Source: a virus
Lineage: Duplodnaviria; Caudoviricetes
Virus record (IMG/VR): IMGVR_UViG_3300050034_000334
Length of the DNA: 64,000 bases
Reading direction: 5' to 3' (one strand)
Shown here piece by piece: positions 10,712-19,691 of the stretch. A model generated the notes under the pieces. It searched no databases, was not told where the DNA came from, and saw only the letters and a list, made by a program, of their open reading frames with translations. How positions within the stretch are numbered: the first letter of the stretch is position 1; every line of letters starts with the position of its first letter. A program made the position numbers and the translations under genes.

Positions 10712-13700
10712 CTAACCTAGACTTGGAACTGCCGCTGAAGAAGAATCTGTGATGATGATGCCTCCAGCAAATGAATCAGTCCCTGATGTGGGATACTGCA
10801 GCACCGACATCGTGTTCAGGGATGCCTGACCTCCTGATGAGAAATCAGGACTGCAAACGATTGAAGAACTAATACCCGCAGTCGCCACAAGGATAGAACT
10901 CGTAATACCTGTTTCTCTCAAAGGTGAGTGAGTTTCCAAAACCAGTGAACTGCCATACTGCATCGCGTAAAATGGACCTGCTACTCCAGTGCAAGCTAGA
11001 TCTACTGCTGAAGAAGTCATCTGAGATCCAGAAAGGATGATTCCTTGCGTTCCTTCGCTCAGGTTGATCAAACCTTGATGCATCTCAACACTGCTCTGAT
11101 CAAAAGAGCCAGCTGTAACATTATTCACGAAGTTGCAGTCTACGAACTCAATATCTGAATCGACACCCTGCACTGCCCCGTTGATGAATCCCTGGAATGT
11201 GAAACCACTGAACACCACACGTGAGTCATTCACATAGAAAGCAGAGACTTCTCCATCTCCATAGCTGACACCTGTACCATCAATTACCGCACCAGGACCC
11301 AGGATAGTGAGAGATCCCTCTTCTTGTATTGAGTATCCTATGATTCCCAGAGCGTAGTATTTGTTAGCACGGATGGAAGAATCACCACCCAAATTCGCAA
11401 TTTCCAATGAGGAATAGCTGGACAGAAGGTACGGAATTGGTGCTCCGGTAGTTGTCACGGGAGCCGCAACATTCAAGATCACTTTATGCAGCAAGATTGG
11501 AGGAAGAGTTGCCAGCGCGGCCTGGATGGTCATCATCGGAGTAGTGAGTGACAAACCATCGTTAGAGTCCTTGCCAACTACTCCGTTCACATACAGATTC
11601 ACTGGAGAAGATGTCGTGGTGGCATATACCGATCCCGACGTGACAGTTGGGCCATGAACCGCGAATCCAACATGAGGAAGAATCTGTGTGAATCCTCTTG
11701 TTGATGGAAGACTCAGTTGAATCGTCATGCGCTTGTCGTCGGCAAGGGACTGAATGAAGTCGTTGGTATACACCGGGACTTCGAAGACATTTTCTACGTT
11801 GTTGTACAGCTTTGATTCATAGTTCGAATCAAAGTAAGATGAAACCGGCTGATTGATCAAGTCGGTATCGTTCCAAGAACTGCCAGTGGGAAGTGAGGTA
11901 ACGATGGGGAGCTCTCTGTTGTAGGGATATACATCCTTGATTCCCACCAAAGGAGCCGCGCCTGTTCCATTAGTGGTGACCAGAGCACAGTCCTGGGTGT
12001 AGATCACATCGTAATTCCGGTTGGCAACTCCCTCTCCCTGATAGGGAACAATCAGTGTTGACAACATCAACTGAGCATCTGCTCTGAAAGCCGGAAGAAT
12101 TGCTCCAGTCATGAAGAATCCCTGTACTTCGAGATTCACCGTGGCCGGAATGGTGATAGTCAGCAAGCCATTGTTGGTGAACTGCACTGAAGTAATCGGA
12201 ACCGCTGTGAGAGTGCCCGAGCCGCCGTCTACCCAGACATATCTGAGGACGTCATTTCCCGAGATTCCCTTCAACACGCAGTTCGTAGCTGCTGCCACGA
12301 TTATGTTGTTGACGCCTGAGTAGAACTTCTTAGACACCACCTGAACGCGGGTGTCCATCAGATAGGTGCCAGTGGTGTCAGCATAGGTGCCAAAGAGAAC
12401 GGTCTCTTCAATCGCCACAATCCCTCTGACCGCTGCATTGTACACGAGTTGGGCAGTGTTGGCACAAAGAACTGTGATCTGTAATGGATCAATCATGTTT
12501 CCGAGGATAGTGACTGCCATCATGTTCACTGGAGCAGAGGCTGTAGTCGCGAGGGCAACTGAGAATGGAGCTATCATGCTTCCAGCATCATTCACGCTGA
12601 CGATGTGCAATCCCTCTAGATTTGTGTTAGCCTGACTGCTGGGAATGGCCAGAGTTGTGTAGCTGCCTCCCAGAGTAACTCCGAAAATTGTGGATGTAGG
12701 CACAGTCACAGTGTTATTGATGACGAAAGTGAGAAGAGTTCCGCTGGTAGAAACTGACACCACAGGGTACAACTGACCAGAGATAGCATTCCAGGCTGTG
12801 ATCTGGGAAGCCAGCCAAGTTGTTGTTGGGACCGGATTGGGAATGCTTACTGTGGTGGTTGGTCCTGAATTGGAAGCAACAACAACTCCAGGAATGAGAT
12901 TGAGAGTAGCTCTGACTCCAAATACCTTGTTGCTGTACTCGTTGTTGATTACAGTCAGGTTACCATCTGCAGATGAGGAGTTTTCATACTCCGAAACTCC
13001 AAACACAGGCAAGCTCTTGCCGCTCGCTGTGTCAAGAAGGGTTCCACCATAGACCTGTGTGGGAATTTGTCCCAAGTCAAATCCAGATCCCTTTGCATAG
13101 CTGATTCCGAGAGTCACATACAGAGGATTGGCACCGGGATCAAAAGAAGTCCCTGCGACATTCTGAACAATCGTGATTGTGACAGTTTGCGGATTTGTTA
13201 GGTTCAACCCTGCAATGCTGACCTGGCCCTGCATGAGAAAGACTGGATTCTTGATGTTGTTGATATTGTCGTTGACCAGAGCCATGACCTGCACAAACTC
13301 AATAGTGCCAACTGAGGGAGCGACAGTGAGTGAGAATGCATCGCCCTGAACCCAAGGTCCTCCAATGATTCCAGCAACATTCTTGCTGTTGATGGAGACC
13401 TGTTGAGTTAGATAGTACAACCGATTGTCAGCGCAGAAACCGTTCATGTAGCCATCAAAGGTGCCCAGACGCAGAGTGTTTGCAATTCCTGTCTGAGCCA
13501 CTGAGATGTCATAGGTCACCTGAGATCCCAAAGAATTGACTGGCGGAATCAGAATGGTTCCTCTGCCGACTGCCTGCCGAGACTCTCCTGTGATGAGATC
13601 AACAAATCCTTTCCTGAGGACGTTGTCGTATTCATAATCCTTGAGAGAGACCGTGAGGCGAGTGTCTACCACCTCATCCGAGGTGATGCCGTCTGCAAAC

Positions 13701-14671
13701 TTGCCATCAAGACGTCCTGATACTCCAGAAGTCAGCAAGCCAGCGCCGAACGGATTTGACTGAATTGAGAAATTGCTGCTGTTCTTCTGGAAGATGACCG
13801 CCAGAGGATAGGCGTAGGAATATCCATCCAAGGCTCCGATCCCATTGGTGGTCGTGCCATCTCCGGCCCTCCACAAACCGCTGTCTCCATTAATCGTAGA
13901 CATGGGTGTGTAGGAGAAAGGGTCGGCAACAATGGGATTTCCGTTTGTGTCGGAAGCATAGACGGTGTTGGCAGGATCCGTGGGTCCGCTGTTTCCTGAC
14001 AGGAAGGTTGGCGTCAAGCCGTTCGATTGTGTGAAATTATAGGCCAGAGTCACCGGCTGAATTCGAATGGCCCACTGAATCATGGCACGAGTTGTAGTGT
14101 TGTCAGATTCAAACGGGTCAACGACATCCATGAGCAGAGAATTTGCCAGAGTCGGATCAGGCGCGGCAATGATCGACGCCATGTTAGCAGTCCGGCAGCC
14201 GTTCGGAAAGAAGAAGTTTCTAGGATATGACAGAGTGTTGTCAACATAGTATGCTGTTAGGTCGTTCTGCAAAGAAGTGTAGCGGAACTCTACAAACGCG
14301 ATGTAGACGGTGGCTGCCATATCCGCCGCCGCTGTCTGGCCAACTGGAGGAGGAAGCACCACGTTGTTTACAGTCATGTCGCTGGAAAGGTTGCCAGCGA
14401 TAGTCACGATCTCCCCTTTGAAGAGGACATTGAAGGCCGGAACCTGGAAGGTGTTGGCAACAGTCGGCGTGAGAACAAATGGAGACCAGGATACTGCCCC
14501 CGAGACCGTCTCGTTGTCCAGTATGCGCTGGCGTTTGTAGTCCTGCAGATCCTGAATCAGATTGATGTCTGCGTCGGACAGGTGATGCTCAAACATACCA
14601 ACGACAGTGGTAAGAGCCTTCTGGCTAGGATCCAGGGATCTGGAGACGACGGATTTCGGATATGTCTTCAT
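10712..14671 (-). CDS. Baseplate/tail-fibre protein with C-terminal beta-helix (pectin-lyase-like) region
   Basis: 1319 aa; 'LYVNGVVGKDSNDGLSLTTPMMTIQAALATLP' is the motif that commonly precedes parallel beta-helix domains; first gene of the baseplate operon. Confidence 0.65.
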   Translation of the reverse strand: MKTYPKSVVSRSLDPSQKALTTVVGMFEHHLSDADINLIQDLQDYKRQRILDNETVSGAVSWSPFVLTPTVANTFQVPAFNVLFKGEIVTIAGNLSSDMTVNNVVLPPPVGQTAAADMAATVYIAFVEFRYTSLQNDLTAYYVDNTLSYPRNFFFPNGCRTANMASIIAAPDPTLANSLLMDVVDPFESDNTTTRAMIQWAIRIQPVTLAYNFTQSNGLTPTFLSGNSGPTDPANTVYASDTNGNPIVADPFSYTPMSTINGDSGLWRAGDGTTTNGIGALDGYSYAYPLAVIFQKNSSNFSIQSNPFGAGLLTSGVSGRLDGKFADGITSDEVVDTRLTVSLKDYEYDNVLRKGFVDLITGESRQAVGRGTILIPPVNSLGSQVTYDISVAQTGIANTLRLGTFDGYMNGFCADNRLYYLTQQVSINSKNVAGIIGGPWVQGDAFSLTVAPSVGTIEFVQVMALVNDNINNIKNPVFLMQGQVSIAGLNLTNPQTVTITIVQNVAGTSFDPGANPLYVTLGISYAKGSGFDLGQIPTQVYGGTLLDTASGKSLPVFGVSEYENSSSADGNLTVINNEYSNKVFGVRATLNLIPGVVVASNSGPTTTVSIPNPVPTTTWLASQITAWNAISGQLYPVVSVSTSGTLLTFVINNTVTVPTSTIFGVTLGGSYTTLAIPSSQANTNLEGLHIVSVNDAGSMIAPFSVALATTASAPVNMMAVTILGNMIDPLQITVLCANTAQLVYNAAVRGIVAIEETVLFGTYADTTGTYLMDTRVQVVSKKFYSGVNNIIVAAATNCVLKGISGNDVLRYVWVDGGSGTLTAVPITSVQFTNNGLLTITIPATVNLEVQGFFMTGAILPAFRADAQLMLSTLIVPYQGEGVANRNYDVIYTQDCALVTTNGTGAAPLVGIKDVYPYNRELPIVTSLPTGSSWNDTDLINQPVSSYFDSNYESKLYNNVENVFEVPVYTNDFIQSLADDKRMTIQLSLPSTRGFTQILPHVGFAVHGPTVTSGSVYATTTSSPVNLYVNGVVGKDSNDGLSLTTPMMTIQAALATLPPILLHKVILNVAAPVTTTGAPIPYLLSSYSSLEIANLGGDSSIRANKYYALGIIGYSIQEEGSLTILGPGAVIDGTGVSYGDGEVSAFYVNDSRVVFSGFTFQGFINGAVQGVDSDIEFVDCNFVNNVTAGSFDQSSVEMHQGLINLSEGTQGIILSGSQMTSSAVDLACTGVAGPFYAMQYGSSLVLETHSPLRETGITSSILVATAGISSSIVCSPDFSSGGQASLNTMSVLQYPTSGTDSFAGGIIITDSSSAAVPSLG

Positions 14672-14775
14672 GTTTTCCTTGTGAACTGCTCACCCTATAA
14701 AGTGATCATGTAGTGCTTTTCCCGGATTCAAATTTTCAGAATCCAGTTAGGGTGCAATAGTCCGGAGGTAGATCC

Positions 14776-15288
14776 GTGCCAACATCGTCGATTCTGATCA
14801 TCCCAAGGCCTGGAGTTTCGTCATGTCTCATCAGTCCCAGAGACAATGATTCATTCTTCAACCCAGTTTTAATGGGACATACTGGGTTTGCTGCCAATGG
14901 AACGATGTACAATACAGGAGTTCCACAGCCTGTGGTTGCTTCCTGGTTCTCTGAAGGATTAAGTTCCACACGTGGAAATCCTGCTTTCCCCAGTACCGGG
15001 CTGGCTCTGTTGTCCAAGACGGATCTCACCATCTACGATGAATCCGATAGACATCTTCCTCTATGGATGAGGTTCGTACTTGCGGACAATCTTCTGCTTA
15101 CGAACAACTTTGATGGATTACATGGGTTCACACCCAGTGAAGTGAGCTATGCACAGGGAGTTATCAGCCTCCTGTTCACACCAGATCCCGGACTTGTTCT
15201 TCAGACCAATCTAGTTATCACTATCGATTTCTCTAAGGACACTGCTGCCATTGAGTTTATTTCGGGTCCTGGTTCGGCGGAAGCGTAG
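14776..15288 (+). CDS. Hypothetical protein
   Basis: 170-aa ORF, GTG start behind GGAGG (14764-14768), fills the gap after the tail operon. Confidence 0.6.
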   Translation: MPTSSILIIPRPGVSSCLISPRDNDSFFNPVLMGHTGFAANGTMYNTGVPQPVVASWFSEGLSSTRGNPAFPSTGLALLSKTDLTIYDESDRHLPLWMRFVLADNLLLTNNFDGLHGFTPSEVSYAQGVISLLFTPDPGLVLQTNLVITIDFSKDTAAIEFISGPGSAEA

Positions 15289-15502
15289 GGTTGATGTCTA
15301 CCGTCACTCCTTCCGGAGTCACCTTGGCATCCACTGGTCCCAACTGGGAGTAATCAATTGTCTGAGGGTTGTTTATCCGCTGCCAGGTCGCGGCGGCGAT
15401 TTCACACTCTCCAGGATCCATACCAGATCTCGTGTATGTTTGGAATACATGAAGCAGGTATGTGTGCAGGTTTTCCGGAAGGACAACGACTTTGACATCC
15501 AT
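15257..15502 (-). CDS. Hypothetical protein
   Basis: ORF 'MDVKVVVLPENL...'; start uncertain. Confidence 0.45.
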   Translation of the reverse strand: MDVKVVVLPENLHTYLLHVFQTYTRSGMDPGECEIAAATWQRINNPQTIDYSQLGPVDAKVTPEGVTVDINPTLPPNQDPK

Positions 15503-15594
15503 GTTAGAGAGATACCGGAGTTCTGAAATTTGAGGACAAATCACGAGAACGAGTATTAGATCCCTGAGTTCCACCAAATCAAAAGGAGATTCCG

Positions 15595-16170
15595 ATGGAA
15601 ATGGCACTGAAGTATCCCACATCCCAGAAGCTGGGAGCGTGGTCTATGATTATGACTCTGATGCTGGGGATGTTCGTTTCCGTCGGCATCGTGCAGACAA
15701 CCGGATGCACAACCAACCAGATCCAGAATAACGTCAATGCGGTGTTGAGTGCTGCTCAGGCAGTTCTCAAGGTTGCTGAACCCAATGCACCTTGGGTGCC
15801 CCAACTGACGGCAGCCATTACAGCCTTGCAACAGGCAGAAGCCTCCTGGAAGGGTGGCAGTTCAATCGCTATTGTGGAGTCTGCGTTGAACACCGTTGCC
15901 GCCGTGGCCTCAGTGATTCCTATCGCGTCAGCTTACGGTCCGTTGATTGACATCCTCGTAGCTGCGATTGACCTGGTACTGAATACCATTCAGGTGGACA
16001 ATCCGACTGTCACTGTCAAGGCAATTGCTCCGTTCGGACCGTTCAACCATCATGGCCGCGTCCAGTTGAAGAAGCCCGGAACATTCCAGAATCAGGCCGG
16101 TGCAATCAAGGCTCAGTGGAATGCTGCTGTCAAGGCGAATCCCGCGTTGGCCGCTGCGAAGCTGCAGTAA
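15595..16170 (+). CDS. Putative lipoprotein/membrane protein
   Basis: AGGAG SD; hydrophobic N-region ending 'VQTTGC' (lipobox-like), Ala-rich amphipathic helices, followed by a terminator. Confidence 0.6.
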   Translation: MEMALKYPTSQKLGAWSMIMTLMLGMFVSVGIVQTTGCTTNQIQNNVNAVLSAAQAVLKVAEPNAPWVPQLTAAITALQQAEASWKGGSSIAIVESALNTVAAVASVIPIASAYGPLIDILVAAIDLVLNTIQVDNPTVTVKAIAPFGPFNHHGRVQLKKPGTFQNQAGAIKAQWNAAVKANPALAAAKLQ

Positions 16171-16186
16171 CTCATTCGTGCGCGAG

Positions 16187-16223
16187 AAGGCCCTTGGATT
16201 TTTGATAATCCAAGGGTCTTTTT
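16187..16223 (+). terminator. Rho-independent terminator
   Basis: AAGGCCCTTGGATT / AATCCAAGGGTCTT stem followed by a T run, 17 nt after the stop at 16170. Confidence 0.8.
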
Positions 16224-16242
16224 GTCTTCTCATTTCCAGACC

Positions 16243-16638
16243 ATGGGTGGAAAATGGGTACATCGAATTTCCAATATTGATGAAAGTACCAAGACAGGCC
16301 TGTGCTTAAATTGTGGACCAGTCAAACTCAAGTTTCTAAAAGGTCAGAAGAGATGGGCCTGCAGAATACAAAGTGAAAACTGGAGTTGGCGAGGCATTTA
16401 CATCAGAAGCACTGGAATTACCTATGAACAGTTTATGAAAAAGATGAAGTCAGTAGAAGGCAAGTGTGAGATCTGTGGAAGTGATCTAAATCCAGTATTT
16501 GATCATGACCATAAGACCAATAGAGCTAGAGGAATTCTTTGTAGGGACTGTAATACAGGACTAGGATTGCTCAAAGAAGATCCCAGTGTTCTTTTGTCAG
16601 CTATTCGATATCTTGAAAAGGAGTACCCTCGTTTCTAG
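16243..16638 (+). CDS. Endonuclease VII-family (His-Me) nuclease, probably a homing endonuclease
   Basis: 'CEICG...FDHDHKTNRARGILCRDCNTGLGLLKEDPSVLLSAIRYL' is the Endonuclease_7 signature. Confidence 0.85.
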   Translation: MGGKWVHRISNIDESTKTGLCLNCGPVKLKFLKGQKRWACRIQSENWSWRGIYIRSTGITYEQFMKKMKSVEGKCEICGSDLNPVFDHDHKTNRARGILCRDCNTGLGLLKEDPSVLLSAIRYLEKEYPRF

Positions 16639-17326
16639 TTCTTCTTTTGAGCATCAAACGAGAGACAATCCTGACTGAACCCTTCTTCTCAATTTTCTTA
16701 ATCCACGACGGAGGTATCGTCACAGCGATAGAGATGTCAGCACCTTTCAACATCGGATGCTGGGCAAGCAGAGCGTTGTCGTCCTCATATCTCATGTCCG
16801 GAACTATGTATCTGTAATATTCCGGAGGTACGACAAACTTGACTTCCACCTTGGTGGAATCAAACACGAAACCTGACGGCTGATCAATTGTACCGAAGGT
16901 GCTCTGGCCCTCTTCACCGCCGTTCAGACCTTGCCTCTTGATGCTGTCCATGTACTTGGCAAAGGTCTCATGATAGACCGGAAGTCCATTGGGATACCTG
17001 GCTCTGAGATTGTACTGGAAGGGAGAATCCCCTGTGAGACGGATGCCCCAGGGATTCATGTCGCTGTCAAGGACTGACCTTACTTCGCTAGAGAATCCCA
17101 CCAGATACAGAGAGTTGAATGGGACATGCCAGAACTGCTGGGGAGCGAGATGATCTTCAGAGTCGTCATCCACCCATGCCTTCATCCGAACAACATCGGA
17201 CATGCGATAGACACGTTCCTTAAGACGCAGAAGGGTGTGTTCCATCGCCTCTGCAGGAACATGCTTAAACTGGATGGGAACCCAGGGTCCTGGTTTTAGA
17301 ATTGTGTGATCTGACGGAGGCGGCAT
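16601..17326 (-). CDS. Putative ADP-ribosyltransferase-fold (Tpt1/KptA-like) protein
   Basis: 'VYHETFAKYMDSIKRQGL' resembles the ART first strand (lYHgT...sIlkeGL); 'IPPSWIKKIE' resembles the terminal ART strand. Confidence 0.45.
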   Translation of the reverse strand: MPPPSDHTILKPGPWVPIQFKHVPAEAMEHTLLRLKERVYRMSDVVRMKAWVDDDSEDHLAPQQFWHVPFNSLYLVGFSSEVRSVLDSDMNPWGIRLTGDSPFQYNLRARYPNGLPVYHETFAKYMDSIKRQGLNGGEEGQSTFGTIDQPSGFVFDSTKVEVKFVVPPEYYRYIVPDMRYEDDNALLAQHPMLKGADISIAVTIPPSWIKKIEKKGSVRIVSRLMLKRRTRNEGTPFQDIE

Positions 17327-17467
17327 CTAGGTTAGCTGCACACCCTTTCCGAACACGAACTCAGCAAGCACCTGTGACTGCTGGTCGGCGGGAGTCTGAG
17401 CCAGAAGCTGCTCAAGTTGGGCTGCGGTCTTCTTGATCTCGGCTTCCTTATTGATCTGCTTCTTCAT
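17327..17467 (-). CDS. Small hypothetical protein (46 aa)
   Basis: Hand translation MKKQINKEAEIKKTAAQ...GVQLT*; AGGGGG SD and a consensus promoter directly upstream; abuts the next start. Confidence 0.65.
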   Translation of the reverse strand: MKKQINKEAEIKKTAAQLEQLLAQTPADQQSQVLAEFVFGKGVQLT

Positions 17468-17486
17468 GGCTTTCCCCCCTGTTCTA

Positions 17487-17515
17487 TTCTACGGAGATTT
17501 CCCATGAAACGGGTA
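17487..17515 (-). promoter_or_regulatory. Phage promoter TACCCG-N17-GTAGAA
   Basis: One of 11 matches to the conserved bipartite motif with an exact 17-bp spacer. Confidence 0.75.
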
Positions 17516-17671
17516 ATCTCTACCTAGAATAGAGAAGTTAAAATCCGGTCAATTCGACTTCGTACTCGAAGGCATCCTGCTTGATCTTCGTTTTTGTCGA
17601 ACCGGATAGATTTCATTGTTTCCCTCCACCTCTCTCTACGGAGTTCGTGCGAGTTCCAGCTAACAAATGTC

Positions 17672-17699
17672 AAAAGAAAAGGCCTCCGAAGAGGCCCTC
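17672..17699 (-). terminator. Rho-independent terminator of the tmRNA gene
   Basis: GAGGGCCTC-TTCG-GAGGCCTTT hairpin followed by TCTTTT on the minus strand. Confidence 0.85.
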
Positions 17700-18110
17700 T
17701 CTTTGCCACGTGATCCCGGTTTATCCAGGACCTTCTGTTGCTAGGATCGTAACCGACCCCCGACAGCGATTAAGCTGCCATTGCCAGCGGAGCGAACGAA
17801 CGGACCGGGAAGGCCAGGACGTTGCTACGACGGGCGCTGATACCATTGTCGGTAGCAGTTATTGTTTCTGTGTCCGATTACGGAGGGCCACAGCGTACCG
17901 AGTTGTTATCTCTGGTCAGTTCCAATTGTCGAATCTGTTCGCCCCCATCATAAGCACTCTGGTTCCCAACTTCTGAACAGTCTCTTCTCCAGCGACCGTA
18001 TGAAATTCTAGGCGAAGTGGAGAGTGCTTATGGTGGAGGCGCGGGTCTATGCTAACCCGGTCCAAATGGCACATCACTTTGACTTCAGCTCCGAAGAGCA
18101 TACAACCATA
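17700..18110 (-). ncRNA. ssrA: Circularly permuted (two-piece) tmRNA: acceptor piece ~18110-18031, intervening segment 18030-17947, coding piece 17946-~17700
   Basis: Minus strand: ...GACCGGGT-TAGCATAG-ACCCG-CGCCTCC-A-CCA comes before GGGGGCG-AACAGATTCGAC. The acceptor stem has G3:U70; resume context AATAACT|GCT; tag frame 17856-17770 = ATDNGISARRSNVLAFPVRSFAPLAMAA*. Intervening ends pair (ATAAGCACTCT/AGAGTGCTTAT). Has its own promoter and terminator. Confidence 0.92.
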
Positions 18111-18116
18111 TAGATA

Positions 18117-18145
18117 GTCTACTGGCTATATTTGAATTCCAGGTA
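18117..18145 (-). promoter_or_regulatory. Phage promoter TACCTG-N17-GTAGAC driving the tmRNA
   Basis: One-mismatch match to the consensus, 17-bp spacer, just upstream of the acceptor piece. Confidence 0.65.
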
Positions 18146-18177
18146 CATCAGTAGTATCTTTAGAGAGGTGGCGAGAT

Positions 18178-18936
18178 TTGAACAAGCGTCTGGTATACAC
18201 GGTCTATAAAACCGTGAACAAAGCAAACGGTAAGTTCTACCTTGGAGTTCATAAGACTTCAAATCCGATGGATGAGTACTTAGGTTCTGGTACTTACATC
18301 AAGCGAGCCGTTGCAAAGTATGGTCAATCTGGTTTCACGAAAGAAATCCTCTTTGAGTACGAAACTCAAGAAGAAGGATGGGACAAGGAGGATGAACTCA
18401 TTGAGTTGAATCGGAATAATCCTCTTTGTACAAACATACGGAAAGGAGGTTCTGGAGGATTTGATTATATCAACAAAAATGGATTACTGACTATGTCAGA
18501 CGAGACTAAATCTAGGTGTACTGCTAAGCTGTTAAACTGGAGGAAAGAACATCCTAATGAAATCAAAGAGAATGCTCGAATAGCTAATCTAACTAGAAGC
18601 AAGCAGTGGAAGGGAGGTAAGCATACAACTGAAGTTTGTCATAGAATCTCAGAAGTGAGTAGTGGACCACACAATAACATGCATGACAAGAAATGGGTAC
18701 ATCATCCTGAATTGGGATTTAAGGCCGTTCTTCTAGATGAAGTACAATCGTATCTAGATGCTGGATGGCTACTTGGAAGAATTAGATATCGCAAGACTAC
18801 TCATTCAACTTATGGTAAGATTTGGATAAATAATGGAGAAAGAAACAAATTGGTGTCTAATCTAGAAGAGTTTCCAGGATGGAAACGTGGAAGATTGATG
18901 ACTATGATACAACGCAGTTTTGCTTCCATCTCTTGA
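18178..18936 (+). CDS. GIY-YIG homing endonuclease (Seg-like, NUMOD-type C-terminus)
   Basis: 'VYKTVNKANGKFYLGVHKTSNPMDEYLGSG'; divergent from the tmRNA gene. Confidence 0.85.
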   Translation: MNKRLVYTVYKTVNKANGKFYLGVHKTSNPMDEYLGSGTYIKRAVAKYGQSGFTKEILFEYETQEEGWDKEDELIELNRNNPLCTNIRKGGSGGFDYINKNGLLTMSDETKSRCTAKLLNWRKEHPNEIKENARIANLTRSKQWKGGKHTTEVCHRISEVSSGPHNNMHDKKWVHHPELGFKAVLLDEVQSYLDAGWLLGRIRYRKTTHSTYGKIWINNGERNKLVSNLEEFPGWKRGRLMTMIQRSFASIS

Positions 18937-18988
18937 AGATTGTGTCCACGCGAAACCCGAAGGTCAGAACTTGTGTCCACCACCAGCG

Positions 18989-19213
18989 ATGAACCACAAC
19001 GGCGCATACTGTGTACGCCACGCATGGAACGCCCTCACGCAAGGGCCGTGCTGCACCTGCACGCCGGAAGGCAGCACGATCACGCTAGACGACGGCGAGT
19101 ACCTTGCGCTGACCAGGATCACCGATAGCGGCTGTCCGATACACGGGATGAGCAGCGCACACGTACCAGACCCGCACGAGGGCGCAAGCACGAAGGGAGG
19201 GCCGAAGCTGTGA
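18989..19213 (+). CDS. Small hypothetical protein (Cys/His-rich)
   Basis: First of four tightly coupled short + ORFs in the GC-richer island. Confidence 0.45.
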   Translation: MNHNGAYCVRHAWNALTQGPCCTCTPEGSTITLDDGEYLALTRITDSGCPIHGMSSAHVPDPHEGASTKGGPKL

Positions 19214-19428
19214 TGGGTAGGCTGATTGGTAGTGATTTTACTCAGGTAGTCCAAACGCGCAAAACACGCTGCTCTGAGTGCGGCTTCAATATCCCTGTCG
19301 GGGATACCGCTCTGGAGTCTATCAAGGACGGCAAATGTGTCAAGCGCGTATGTGGGGAGAATTGCCGGATGGACTTCGATGATCGTTTCTGGCGTGGAGT
19401 TGCGGCCAGAGACAAGAGGCTACGCTGA
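19210..19428 (+). CDS. Small Zn-finger-like hypothetical protein
   Basis: CSEC and CGENC motifs; stop/start overlaps on both sides. Confidence 0.6.
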   Translation: MMGRLIGSDFTQVVQTRKTRCSECGFNIPVGDTALESIKDGKCVKRVCGENCRMDFDDRFWRGVAARDKRLR

Positions 19429-19691
19429 TGACCACGCCCCTGCTCATCATCCTGATCGGCGCCGTGCCGGTAGCCATTCTGAGCGCATGGCTGGACCACG
19501 CATGGCGCAAGCGGCACCCGAAGCAGATCAGCACGGCGGAGTGGCTGCGTAGGATGCGTGCTCTTGAACCTGGAGTGCCCCCTGTGCGTCGCTACGAGGG
19601 CGCGGTAGGGGTAAGCACACCAGAACGCCCTGTGAGGGATAAGAAACTGGCGCTGGTGGTCAAACCGGCGAGAAAGAACGGGACACAATGA
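19428..19691 (+). CDS. Small membrane-anchored hypothetical protein
   Basis: N-terminal hydrophobic helix 'LLIILIGAVPVAILSAW'; coupled overlaps. Confidence 0.6.
   Translation: MTTPLLIILIGAVPVAILSAWLDHAWRKRHPKQISTAEWLRRMRALEPGVPPVRRYEGAVGVSTPERPVRDKKLALVVKPARKNGTQ

Noticed and set aside
3650-14671. Diversity-generating retroelement acting on the tail genes
   Set aside because: No reverse transcriptase and no template/variable repeat pair differing at adenines was seen; the repeats are protein-level Ig units.
17581-18101. ORFs 17581-17976 (+), 17524-17709 (-) and 17916-18101 (-)
   Set aside because: They overlap the tmRNA gene and its terminator, lack SD sequences and show no protein-like features.
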